Shown here in pieces: positions 46,175-55,129 of a stretch of 64,000 nt of DNA. The notes beneath the pieces are model-generated. The model saw nothing but the letters and a program-made list of their open reading frames with translations, made no database searches and had not been told where the DNA came from. Position 1 is the first letter of the stretch. The number at the start of each line of letters is the position of its first letter. The stretch covers positions 2,177,819 to 2,241,818 of the forward strand of contig OY970060.1 in NCBI GenBank assembly GCA_963705225.1, written 5' to 3'. Source of the DNA: an uncultured Acidobacteriota bacterium (GTDB lineage: Bacteria; Acidobacteriota; Blastocatellia; Pyrinomonadales; Pyrinomonadaceae). The translations under genes and the position numbers were made by a program.

Positions 46175-46347
46175 AGTTTTATAAATTGCCACTAGCTTTT
46201 GGCTAGTGAAACAAAGAAGGCGATTCAATCGGGGCTTTAGCCCAAACAATACAAGAATTCGGCTAGCCGGTTGTATGTAATACCATTCAACCACTGGCTA
46301 AAGCTCGCGGCAACTTATGCGCATTCCCTTTAACTTTAGAGCCATAA

Positions 46348-47061
46348 TTATACTTCAGAATCCGCGGACTTGTTCAACTTGCACCCGATAAAGCGATATC
46401 CGATGCCGACCACCGTTTCGATGCAGTCTCCGCAAAGATCGAGCTTCTGGCGCAGGCGGCGAATATGCACGTCGAGCGTGCGGGTGTCGCCGAAATACTG
46501 ATATCCCCAGACATTGTCGAGCAGGTTCTGCCGCGTCACCACCCTGCCGCTGCTTTTCGACAGCGCTTCCAGCAGGGCGAATTCCTTCCGCGTCAGCTTT
46601 ACCTCTTCTCCCTGGCAGCGCACGCGCATGTCGGCAAAATCGATGGCGAGTTTATCGTCGTTGTAGCGCTCGATCGAGCCTTCGTCAACCCGGCGCAGAA
46701 CCGCGCGGACGCGCGCCAGCACTTCCTTGACCGAAAAAGGTTTGACGATATAATCGTCGGCGCCTAGTTCCAGGCCGGCTATCTTGTCGGTTTCGCCCGT
46801 CCGGGCGGTGAGCATGATGATCGGCGTCCGCCGGGTGGCGGATTCGCGGCGGAGGCGGCGGCAGATGTCCATGCCGCTCATCCCCGGCAGCATCAGGTCG
46901 AGGATGATCAGCGCCGGAGCGCCCTTTGGATCGAGCGCGATCTTTAACCCTTTTTCACCGGTTTCGGCGAGCTCGGTTTTCATCCCCTCGCGCTCGAAAT
47001 TATAGCGCAGGCTCTCGGCGATATCCGCTTCGTCCTCAATGATCAAAATTTTTCCGGACAT
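46348..47061 (-). CDS. phoB: OmpR-family response regulator, PhoB-like
   Basis: Receiver domain (DLMLPGMSG) plus winged-helix C-terminus. Confidence 0.85.
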   Translation of the reverse strand: MSGKILIIEDEADIAESLRYNFEREGMKTELAETGEKGLKIALDPKGAPALIILDLMLPGMSGMDICRRLRRESATRRTPIIMLTARTGETDKIAGLELGADDYIVKPFSVKEVLARVRAVLRRVDEGSIERYNDDKLAIDFADMRVRCQGEEVKLTRKEFALLEALSKSSGRVVTRQNLLDNVWGYQYFGDTRTLDVHIRRLRQKLDLCGDCIETVVGIGYRFIGCKLNKSADSEV

Positions 47062-47091
47062 AAATGTTGGCTGAAAGACGATCTTCGGCGC

Positions 47092-47757
47092 TTACTCTTT
47101 ACCGTGCTTGATAAAGACCGCTTCCTTCATATAGACCGTTACCTCGCAAATATCCTTGACGTAATCGCCGATCCTTTCGAGGTGCTTGGTGATAAAGAGA
47201 AGGCGCGCGATGCGCGTGCTGTATTCCGCGTCCTGCGACATAGTTTGCAGGAATTCCTTGAATTGGCGTTCGTAGATCTCGTTGATCTCCGCATCCCTGG
47301 CGATTATTTGACGTGCTCCCCCGGCATCGTTCGAGGTAAAAGCGTCGAGCGCCACGCGCAGCATCTCCGATGCTTTTTCCGCCATTATCGGCAGATCGCC
47401 GAAGGTTTTGACCTCCGGTTCGTCGTTTAATTCGACGGCGACACGGGCGATATTGGCAGCGTGGTCGGCGATGCGCTCAAGGATCGGTGTTATCTTGGCG
47501 ATTGAAATTACCGCGCGCAGGTCGCGGGCCGCCGGACGGCGCAGCGCCAGAATATCCATACTGAACCGGTCGATCTCGACCTCCAGCGCGTCGATGGTTT
47601 CGTCATGGTCCAGCACCTGATGCGCCAGGGCGCTGTCGCGGTTGACCAGCGAACTTATGGCGCGCTGCAGGGCCAATTCCGCCTCGCCCCCCATCAAAAG
47701 CAAACGGTCGCGCAGAATGTTTAATTCGCTCTCTAAAATGGCGTCTTTGTGTTCCAT
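47092..47757 (-). CDS. phoU: Phosphate signalling complex protein PhoU
   Basis: Two PhoU repeats (ERIADHAANIAR, ERIGDYVKDICE). Confidence 0.9.
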   Translation of the reverse strand: MEHKDAILESELNILRDRLLLMGGEAELALQRAISSLVNRDSALAHQVLDHDETIDALEVEIDRFSMDILALRRPAARDLRAVISIAKITPILERIADHAANIARVAVELNDEPEVKTFGDLPIMAEKASEMLRVALDAFTSNDAGGARQIIARDAEINEIYERQFKEFLQTMSQDAEYSTRIARLLFITKHLERIGDYVKDICEVTVYMKEAVFIKHGKE

Positions 47758-48030
47758 AATCTAAGACTTTAGACCAAATTTTCAAATAATAAAAGCATCC
47801 GGCACCTGCGCTCATTAGATTAGACTTAGATCTGATTAACTTTATTGATTCTTAAGAAGAATAACGTCTGTGTGTTAGCGGAAGGTTAATACGATGTTAA
47901 ATAAATGTTAAATCCTGAGTGTGCCGTAGCGCTGCCGCCTTGCCGCCCGTTTGGAAGACGCGGGCGTTACACTTTCCGGACGAGCCGCTCACGCTCTCAA
48001 TTTTAATCCACTAACCGGACAGGAAATTCT

Positions 48031-48060
48031 TTGACCGTCAGATAAGGCTGCTGATATAGT
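48031..48060 (+). promoter_or_regulatory. Sigma70-like promoter (TTGACC - 18 nt - TATAGT) for the Cys-rich peptide gene
   Basis: Read directly, about 100 nt upstream of ATG 48160. Confidence 0.5.
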
Positions 48061-48159
48061 TTTTAAACGATTGTTTGCATCGCCTGTTACTTCCATATTA
48101 AATGCCTTTTTCGGACTTATTAGTACCAAGTCAATATTTTCCCTAAAACCGGAGGTAGT

Positions 48160-48402
48160 ATGTTAAAAAATAATTTAAAATTGGTCAGAAAATTTATCGT
48201 CCTGGCAATTTTGCTAGGCGGTTTGGCGCTCGCGGGATTACACGAAAATCAACCGGTCAAAGCATGGCAATGCTGTTCTCACTGTGAGGTGATTTCCGGT
48301 TTGTGCCAATCCCATTGCGAGGCCGATCCCAATTCTCAGGAATGCCATGCCTGCACTATAACCGTTAATTATTGTTCCAATCACTGCAGCCCCGATTGCT
48401 GA
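48160..48402 (+). CDS. Secreted Cys/His-rich small protein (80 aa; 12 Cys in the C-terminal 45 aa; repeated C-x-x-H-C / CxxC units)
   Basis: GGAGGT SD 5 nt upstream; signal peptide LVRKFIVLAILLGGLALAG; mature part CCSHCEVISGLCQSHCEADPNSQECHACTITVNYCSNHCSPDC. Confidence 0.7.
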   Translation: MLKNNLKLVRKFIVLAILLGGLALAGLHENQPVKAWQCCSHCEVISGLCQSHCEADPNSQECHACTITVNYCSNHCSPDC

Positions 48403-48417
48403 TAGTCAAAGACCATT

Positions 48418-48455
48418 TAGAAAGGGGCTTGCCCGAACTTTCCGACAAGCCCTTT
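48418..48455. terminator. Hairpin GAAAGGGGCTTGCC ... GACAAGCCCTTTC between convergent genes (bidirectional terminator)
   Basis: Read directly. Confidence 0.5.
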
Positions 48456-48476
48456 CACATATTAAATATCCCGACT

Positions 48477-48980
48477 TTAAGCGCCGGTTGCCTTCATGTC
48501 GTCGCGCGGCTTGACGAACATTTCGATCGCTCCGCAATCGTTGTAGGTATCGGCCCAATTTACGATATTCAAGCGAATTTTTAACAGTCCGGCGGTGGGA
48601 ATGCTGTGCGTCTCTCCGGTCAGTAATTTCAGCAGCCCTTCCATGCCCGGGTTATGCCCGATCAGCATCAGGGTGCCCACGCCGGAGGGCGTGTTGGTAA
48701 CTATTTCCAGCAGGTGAAACGGGCTTGCCTCGTAGATTTTGTCGTCAAACTGTATCTCGGCACCCAGTCCGCCGCCTTCCTTGACCATCAGCGCCGTTTG
48801 CTGCGCTCTTTTTGCCGGAGAGCTCAGAATGGCATCGGGCTGCAGCTCGTTCTCTCGCAAAACGTTGCCGATAAAAGGCGCCGTTTTCATGCCCCGCTCG
48901 TTCAGCGGCCGTTCGAAATCCGACAGGTTCGAATCCTCCCAGCTTGATTTGGCATGTCTCATAATGAGCAGTGTTTTCAT
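48477..48980 (-). CDS. sixA: Histidine-phosphatase-superfamily protein, SixA-like phosphohistidine phosphatase
   Basis: LIMRHAKS (RHG motif) at the N-terminus; 167 aa. Confidence 0.75.
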   Translation of the reverse strand: MKTLLIMRHAKSSWEDSNLSDFERPLNERGMKTAPFIGNVLRENELQPDAILSSPAKRAQQTALMVKEGGGLGAEIQFDDKIYEASPFHLLEIVTNTPSGVGTLMLIGHNPGMEGLLKLLTGETHSIPTAGLLKIRLNIVNWADTYNDCGAIEMFVKPRDDMKATGA

Positions 48981-49028
48981 TTGGTCGCTTCCCCTATCGG
49001 AAATATCGGTGTCAGAAATATCGGTACA

Positions 49029-49532
49029 CTACGCTTCGCCTGCTTTGGCCGCTTCGGCCTCTTCGGCCACTATTTCCGAAAGGCGGATCGGCGGCTTTTT
49101 ACTTACTGCCTCGATCAGGGAGAAAACTTTTTTGCGCGCGGATTTATTTTTCTTTTTCGCGCCCGCGGCGGTGACGATGTCCGCCAGCGTGACGATCCCC
49201 TGCAGATGTCCCTCTTCATCGGTCACCGGCAGGCGGCGGATCTGATTCCCGCGCATCAACTTTATGACTTTCTTTATATCGTCATCCGGCAAGACCGTCA
49301 AAACCGCGCCGGCGCATAATTCTCCGGCCTTGATCCCGGAAGCCTTTTTTTCGCGGCTGGCCACGGCGATACAAATGTCCCTATCGGTGATTATCCCGAT
49401 AACTTTATTTTCGGCATCGACCACGGGCACGGCCCCGCAATCCCGCTGCCACATGATCATGGCCGCTCCCGCCAGAGTATCCGTGCCTGAGCAAAAGCCC
49501 GGCCCTTCGGTCATTATTTCTTTAACTTTCAT
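49029..49532 (-). CDS. CBS-pair domain protein
   Basis: Two CBS motifs (VPVVDAENKVIGIITDRDI, LPVTDEEGHLQGIVTLADI). Confidence 0.8.
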   Translation of the reverse strand: MKVKEIMTEGPGFCSGTDTLAGAAMIMWQRDCGAVPVVDAENKVIGIITDRDICIAVASREKKASGIKAGELCAGAVLTVLPDDDIKKVIKLMRGNQIRRLPVTDEEGHLQGIVTLADIVTAAGAKKKNKSARKKVFSLIEAVSKKPPIRLSEIVAEEAEAAKAGEA

Positions 49533-49584
49533 CTTAAATTTTCTTTCGCGCTTTATTTGATACTATAATTCTCACAACTCGACA

Positions 49585-51114
49585 ATGAAAACGCAACGAC
49601 TCGCAGCCATTGACATCGGTTCGAATTCAATAAAACTGGCAGTGGCCGAAGCCGCCGCGAGTGATTCCTTTACGATCGTCGGGCGCGAAAAGGAGCTTTT
49701 ACGGCTCGGGAACAGGACGCTGCAGGAGCATATCCTCTCTCCCGAAGCGATCGCGCAAGCCATTTCCGCCATCACCCGTTTTCGCGATATCGCCCAGTCG
49801 CGCGGGGTCGACCGGATCATCATAGTCGCCACCGCCGCCGTCCGCGAAGCGGAAAATGCCCGTGAATTCACGTCGGCGGTGAGAAAAAGCACCGGCCTGA
49901 GGATCGACGTGCTCTCGGCTATCGAAGAAGCCCGCCTGATCGGCATCGCCGCCGCGCAAAGTTTTAACCAGAAAAGCAGCTCGCTGCTCAATATCGATAT
50001 CGGCGGCGGATCGACCGAGCTTTCGCTGATGATCGACGGGCATCCGCGCAAACTTTTTTCCATGAAGCTCGGCTCCGTCGGGCTGACCGAAAAATTTCTC
50101 GTCCGCGATCCGCCGGCCTCAAAGGAACTAAAAAAACTCCGGGCCGAAATTCGCGCCGCGCTGGAACGCCCGGTGAGAGAACTAGACGGCGAAAAGTGGC
50201 AGATTTCCAGCGGCACTTCTGGGACGATCCTCGCGCTGCACAACTGTTTGAATTTTCAGGATCCGTCCGCGCCGAAGATCAAGCCCGATATATCCTACAA
50301 GCGCCTGGCCGGTTTTAACCAGTTGGCCGCCCGCTTGAACGTCCCCGAGCGGGTAAAACTGCCGGGCATCAGCCAGCAGCGCGCGGAGATTCTGGTCGCC
50401 GGCGGGCAGATATTGGAAGGCGTGATGGAGGCGCTGAACCTCAAGTCGGTCACGCCGTGCGAATTTTCGCTGCGTGAAGGCGTGCTTATCGATTATCTGC
50501 GCGAGATCGAAGCCGAATCGCTGCCGCCGGTGCCGGACGTGGCCGATCCCAACCTGCGCGGCGTTTTTGCCGTCGGGCGGCGCTTCGGTTATGAAGAAAA
50601 CCACGCACTGCAGGTCTCCGCGCTGGCCGAGAAGCTTTTCGACTCGCTCGCGCCTATCTACAATTTCAAACGCCACCAGCGCACGCTGCTGTCGGCCGCC
50701 GCGCTGCTGCACGACATCGGCTATCACATCGCCCATGAAGCGCATCACAAACATTCATACTACCTGATCAAAAATTCCGAGATGACGGGATTTTCGGAAT
50801 CGGAGAAAAACGTCATCGCCAATATCGCGCGCTATCACCGCAACTCGCCGCCGAAGGAAAAGCACCTGGAGTTTATGAATTTGAGCGAAAAAGAGCGCGA
50901 CACGGTCTGGAAACTCGGCGCAATTTTGCGGCTGGCCGACGCGCTCGACCGCGGCTACGACAACCACGTGCGGGATATAAAATTTACGCAAAAAAACGGC
51001 AGCCTGAATTTAAAACTTATCAGCGATGAAAACTGCGAAAGCGAATACGAAGCGATCGAAAAGAAAAAAGATATGTTCGAACAGGCGTTCGGGTGTGATC
51101 TGGTACTGAAATGA
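49585..51114 (+). CDS. ppx: Exopolyphosphatase / guanosine pentaphosphate phosphohydrolase (Ppx/GppA) with C-terminal HD domain
   Basis: AAIDIGSNSIKLAV actin-like N-terminus; HDIGYHIAHEAHHKHS HD motif. Confidence 0.85.
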   Translation: MKTQRLAAIDIGSNSIKLAVAEAAASDSFTIVGREKELLRLGNRTLQEHILSPEAIAQAISAITRFRDIAQSRGVDRIIIVATAAVREAENAREFTSAVRKSTGLRIDVLSAIEEARLIGIAAAQSFNQKSSSLLNIDIGGGSTELSLMIDGHPRKLFSMKLGSVGLTEKFLVRDPPASKELKKLRAEIRAALERPVRELDGEKWQISSGTSGTILALHNCLNFQDPSAPKIKPDISYKRLAGFNQLAARLNVPERVKLPGISQQRAEILVAGGQILEGVMEALNLKSVTPCEFSLREGVLIDYLREIEAESLPPVPDVADPNLRGVFAVGRRFGYEENHALQVSALAEKLFDSLAPIYNFKRHQRTLLSAAALLHDIGYHIAHEAHHKHSYYLIKNSEMTGFSESEKNVIANIARYHRNSPPKEKHLEFMNLSEKERDTVWKLGAILRLADALDRGYDNHVRDIKFTQKNGSLNLKLISDENCESEYEAIEKKKDMFEQAFGCDLVLK

Positions 51115-51430
51115 AACGCAAATGGAACACCTTCTGAGCGCAATAAACTCTTCATTTAGAATATTTTCCACACCGATTTTCCGCCGGCGCATGAGCCGGC
51201 GCATGATGATGTAACACTGAAACACCTGGAACGCTTTTGAAACAGAAATCTTTAAAATTATGTGTTACGGCTGAAAAATCTATAAAAGCGGCTTGAAAAG
51301 ATCATCGGAGGCGTGAATCCTGCGAACGGATTTGCCGCGCTACTATTATCGTTTATGTGCCGGAAAATTTTAAGAACATTTTAATAATGTTTGCGGCTTT
51401 TTAGGAGCCTTTAAATATTTGTAATGAGGT

Positions 51431-51567
51431 CGGAACCGGGAACGCAGTAACCGGGGTTTATATCAGTCGAGAATGGATAGTGTTTGGTGATTAATTAAGA
51501 GATGACATTGACTATCTATAAATCATTTGCCGGGAACCGGCCACTTCGTTCCCGGTTCTGACCCGCT
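51431..51567. mobile_element. MITE-like element, family 2: ~26-bp terminal inverted repeats GTCGGAACCGGGAACGCAGTAACCGG / CCGGCCACTTCGTTCCCGGTTCTGAC flanking a ~75-nt AT-rich core
   Basis: Read directly; a second element with perfect 26-bp terminal inverted repeats lies at about 53556-53660. Confidence 0.6.
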
Positions 51568-51643
51568 GCTGACTGCGTTGAGTCTGAGAAAACCGCAAAG
51601 ACGCAAAGCTGAAGACGCAAAGTACGCGAAGATGCTTGCCAGG

Positions 51644-51799
51644 CTATTCTTCGAGAGGTTTGGTTTTGCCTTTCTTAAAATCTTCCAGTGCCTCGTCAGC
51701 GAGTCGAGACAATTCATTCTGAGTTTCGGCAAATGTCTCGTCCCACCTTTCTTCAGCCTCGATATCTTTCAGCAATTTTTGCGCGATCAGATTCTGCAT
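51644..51799 (-). CDS. TIGR02574/Unstab_antitox-like addiction-module antitoxin remnant (51 aa as encoded; 69 aa if a T6 run is read as T5)
   Basis: MQNLIAQKLLKDIEAEERWDETFAETQNELSRLADEALEDFKKGKTKPLEE; the upstream out-of-frame MTELLEKAFF... joins in frame if the TTTTTT run loses one T; no toxin ORF is found downstream. Confidence 0.5.
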   Translation of the reverse strand: MQNLIAQKLLKDIEAEERWDETFAETQNELSRLADEALEDFKKGKTKPLEE

Positions 51800-51955
51800 C
51801 GCCGCAGGAAGTTTCGAGGCCTCGAAAAAACGCTTTTTCGAGTAATTCGGTCATACCTCATTTACATCCTGCGGCCAAATTTGGCTATGAAAATATATTT
51901 ACGATAAATAATTCTAAAATTGCAACCAAGTCGAAAATATTCACATCTTCTTAAC

Positions 51956-52648
51956 ATGCAAATCAGAAATTTCTTAACGGTATTTTTTATTTTAGTTTTA
52001 ACCGCTTCCTTTGCTTTTGCGCAGGAGCCTGCCAAAGAATATTCGTTCGAGGTGCGCGGCAAAGTGGTCGATGCCGAAAAAGTGCCTTATGGAGCGATGT
52101 CTCTAATTTTCGAAGGCGAGAATTTTAAAGGTTCTGCTTCGAGCGAGGAAAACGGGGATTTCCTGATAAAGCTTCCGGCGGGAAAATACCAGATCAAAAC
52201 TGCCGCTGCTACCGATCTGAATGCTTTTATAGAGATCTCTGAAAATGGCCCGAATCCGACCGGCTTTGAGTTAGTAGTGGAGTTGAATAAAAACTGGTGT
52301 ACTAATTGTGCCGTGGGAAAGAGTCCCGAAGTAGTCAAATACATCAAGCCAATGTACCCGCCGACGGCCGTGGCCGTAGGCGCTTCCGGCGAGGTTGTTA
52401 TCAGTGTAAAGATTGGCAGAGAAGGAAATATTATCTCCGCACAGGCGATCAGCGGCCACCCGCTTTTACGAAACATTACGGCGCAGGCGGCCCTGCAGTG
52501 GATCTTTTCCCGGGATGAATCCATGGAAGAACGCGACGGAAAGCTCGTATTCGCTTTCGGCGGATTCAGCAAAGAAAAAACCGGCCGGCCGCTGAGAAAA
52601 CCCAATCGGGTGGAAATTTTCACCCCAACACCAGTGGTTAATTTCTAA
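51956..52648 (+). CDS. Secreted TonB C-terminal-domain protein with a CarboxypepD_reg-like N-terminal domain
   Basis: Track TTG start trimmed to ATG MQIRNFLTVFFILVLTASFAFAQ; C-terminus YPPTAVAVGASGEVVISVKIGREGNIISAQAISGHPLL matches the TonB_C fold motif. Confidence 0.55.
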   Translation: MQIRNFLTVFFILVLTASFAFAQEPAKEYSFEVRGKVVDAEKVPYGAMSLIFEGENFKGSASSEENGDFLIKLPAGKYQIKTAAATDLNAFIEISENGPNPTGFELVVELNKNWCTNCAVGKSPEVVKYIKPMYPPTAVAVGASGEVVISVKIGREGNIISAQAISGHPLLRNITAQAALQWIFSRDESMEERDGKLVFAFGGFSKEKTGRPLRKPNRVEIFTPTPVVNF

Positions 52649-53514
52649 CTTTCACTCTCCAGCAGCTTTTTCGCTTCTTGCAGCTCGGCCATTTGCCTTT
52701 CGTCCAGCACGGGATACTGCAGGCCCAACGATTCCATTTTTTCGCAGATGATCTCTGCCACGGCGGCGCGGGTGAACCATTTTTTGTCGGCGGGGATGAC
52801 GTACCAGGGCGCTTTTTCGGTCGAGGTTGCTTCCAGCGCTTCGGTGTAGGCGTTCATATAGTCATCCCAGAAGCCGCGCTCCTTAACGTCGGCCACGGAA
52901 AACTTCCAGTTCTTTTCCGGCGTGTCGATCCGCGCGAGAAAGCGCTGTTTTTGCTCTTCTTTGGAAACGTGCAGGAAAAATTTCATGATCACCACGCCGT
53001 TGTCGCTGAGATAATCTTCAAAGTTACGGATATCCCTGAAACGCTTTTTCCAGATGTCTTTATCGGATTTGATCCCGGCGGGCAGCCGCTGTCCCTGCAG
53101 GATCGCCGGATGCACGCGCACGACCAGCACTTCTTCATAATACGAACGGTTAAAGATGCCGATGCGGCCGCGCTCGGGAAGCGCCTTGCTGGTGCGCCAC
53201 ATAAAATCGTGATCCAATTCCTCTGACGAAGGCTGTTTAAAGCTCACCACCTGGCATCCCTGCGGATTGACGCCCGACATCACGTGTTCGATCACGCCGT
53301 CTTTGCCGGCGGCGTCCATTGCCTGAAACACCAGCAGGATCGCCTGGGTGTCCTGCGCATAAAGAACGTCCTGCAGCCCGGCCAGCCGTTCGATATTTGC
53401 CTGTAAATCTTCGCCGGCTTCTTTCTTGTTTTTGTAATCGCCTGTAAAATCCGTAGGATAGTCTTTCAGGTTGAGCTTTTTGCCCTCGGGCACGATGAAG
53501 TCTTTGGTTTTCAT
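52645..53514 (-). CDS. ppk2: Polyphosphate kinase 2 (PPK2, polyphosphate:nucleotide phosphotransferase)
   Basis: Walker A AMDAAGKDG and PPK2 lid FNRSYYE. Confidence 0.85.
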   Translation of the reverse strand: MKTKDFIVPEGKKLNLKDYPTDFTGDYKNKKEAGEDLQANIERLAGLQDVLYAQDTQAILLVFQAMDAAGKDGVIEHVMSGVNPQGCQVVSFKQPSSEELDHDFMWRTSKALPERGRIGIFNRSYYEEVLVVRVHPAILQGQRLPAGIKSDKDIWKKRFRDIRNFEDYLSDNGVVIMKFFLHVSKEEQKQRFLARIDTPEKNWKFSVADVKERGFWDDYMNAYTEALEATSTEKAPWYVIPADKKWFTRAAVAEIICEKMESLGLQYPVLDERQMAELQEAKKLLESES

Positions 53515-53555
53515 ATTGGTTACGACATTCTAATCTAAAAAGGCAATGGAGTCAG

Positions 53556-53660
53556 TACCGGGAACGCAGTGACCGGCCCTGAGCGGAGCGAATTGTTTTC
53601 ATGAGCGTTGACGGCTACTGGGAAAACCAGCCGGTCACTGCGTTCCCGGTACTGACCTCA
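53556..53660. mobile_element. MITE-like element, family 2, second copy with perfect 26-bp terminal inverted repeats GTCAGTACCGGGAACGCAGTGACCGG
   Basis: Read directly; intergenic between the ppk2 start and the dehydrogenase gene. Hand-derived coordinates may be off by 1. Confidence 0.65.
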
Positions 53661-53685
53661 TTCTTTAGTAATGCATTCATGTATG

Positions 53686-54891
53686 AAGAAATTTTTTTTC
53701 CTGTCGATATTATTAATTCCGGTCTTTATCTTTGCCCAGCCGAAGCTGGTGCCGCACAAAATCACGCTTAAGGATGGCAGGTCTTTTAGCCTAAACCTGC
53801 CCGCGGGTTACGATATCACCCCGGCGGCCGAAGGTTTAAAACGCGCGCGCTTTTTTGCGAAATCGCCCGACGGCCGCATTTTCGTGACCGATATGTACAA
53901 CCTGACCGACAATAAAAAAGGCGCGGTTTATATTCTCGATGGATGGAACGCGGAAACCGGCAGATTCGCAAAAGTGATCCCGTATATGACCGGCCTGAAA
54001 AATCCGAACAGCGTGCAGTTTTACACCGACGCGGGCGGGCAGAATTGGCTTTACCTGGCGGAGACCGACAAGCTGACCCGCCGCAAATTTACCCCGGGCG
54101 AGACCGCGCCGGGCGACACAAAACCGCAGACGCTCGCCACTTTTCCCGACTACGGCCTGAGCTATAAATACGGCGGCTGGCACCTGACGCGAACCATCGC
54201 CTTTGCGCCGGACGGCAAACTTTACGTTTCGGTCGGCAGCAGCTGCAATTCCTGCGTGGAAAAAGAAAAGGTGCGCGCCAGCGTGATGGAGATGAACGCC
54301 GACGGCAGCGGGCAGAAACAATTTGCTTCGGGGCTGCGCAATTCGGTGAGCGTGAAATGGATCGGAAATACACTTTATGCCACCAATCAGGGCTCCGACC
54401 ACCTCGGTTTAAATAGGCCCGACGAAACTTTTTACGCCCTGCGGTCGGGAGCAAATTACGGCTGGCCCTATTGCCACCAGGCGCTGGGAAAGATCATCAC
54501 CGATCCCATCTTCAAACGTCCCGGCGGATGCCGCGGCGTGCCTGTCTCATACGCCTTTTTTCCGTCGCATAGCTCGGCGCTGGGCTTCGATCATTTTAAC
54601 GACCCGGATACGGACGCCGTTTTAAAAGACGCTTTTTTGGTTTCGCTGCACGGCTCGACCGACAAGGCCATCGGGCACGGCTATAAGATCGTGCTGATGC
54701 GAAAAGGCAAAAAATTACAGGATTTTATCACCGGCTTTCTGCAAAAAGGCAATGTCGTGGGGCGTCCCTGCGACATTATGAAACTGGACGCCAATTCGTT
54801 TCTGTTTACGGACGATCATCACGGCGTCGTCTATTACGTCAGGAAAAAAAGTCGTCGAGAAGATGATCGGCGGAAAATTGACCACCATTGA
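53686..54891 (+). CDS. Secreted beta-propeller protein, PQQ-dependent sugar/sorbosone dehydrogenase-like (putative)
   Basis: Signal peptide MKKFFFLSILLIPVFIFAQ; overall resemblance to soluble glucose/sorbosone dehydrogenases; the motif match is only moderate. Confidence 0.45.
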   Translation, partial: KKFFFLSILLIPVFIFAQPKLVPHKITLKDGRSFSLNLPAGYDITPAAEGLKRARFFAKSPDGRIFVTDMYNLTDNKKGAVYILDGWNAETGRFAKVIPYMTGLKNPNSVQFYTDAGGQNWLYLAETDKLTRRKFTPGETAPGDTKPQTLATFPDYGLSYKYGGWHLTRTIAFAPDGKLYVSVGSSCNSCVEKEKVRASVMEMNADGSGQKQFASGLRNSVSVKWIGNTLYATNQGSDHLGLNRPDETFYALRSGANYGWPYCHQALGKIITDPIFKRPGGCRGVPVSYAFFPSHSSALGFDHFNDPDTDAVLKDAFLVSLHGSTDKAIGHGYKIVLMRKGKKLQDFITGFLQKGNVVGRPCDIMKLDANSFLFTDDHHGVVYYVRKKSRREDDRRKIDHH

Positions 54892-55056
54892 AGGAAATTC
54901 GAACGATACCGGCGCTCAAAATGGAACAGGCGTTTTTCGCCGGGTGCAAAAACGCACCATCGCCAAAATCAATAAGGGTTTTCTCGATTACAGCAAGTAA
55001 TCCGCGGCTTTGCGGGCAGCGCCTGTTCCGGACTAAATATCTTACAAAACAGATAT

Positions 55057-55086
55057 TTGCCGATAATGCCGGAAACTGTCTATAAT
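55057..55086 (+). promoter_or_regulatory. Sigma70-like promoter (TTGCCG - 18 nt - TATAAT) upstream of bshA
   Basis: Read directly. Confidence 0.45.
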
Positions 55087-55129
55087 CAACTATAAACTTC
55101 ACCCGTCCTTATCAGGTGCAGGCTATTTT

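Noticed and set aside
48160-48402. Cys-rich peptide as a RiPP precursor with adjacent maturation enzymes
   Set aside because: The neighbours are sixA, a CBS protein and pho genes. No radical-SAM, YcaO, LanB/C or peptidase-transporter genes lie within 10 kb. The RiPP idea is retained only as one alternative hypothesis.
51527-51907. 126-aa plus-strand ORF and 69-aa minus-strand ORF (51523-51732) in the ppx/TonB-like intergenic region
   Set aside because: They overlap the MITE-like element and the antitoxin remnant. The minus-strand track ORF starts at TTG in the wrong frame relative to the antitoxin-like sequence. Neither has an SD or motifs.
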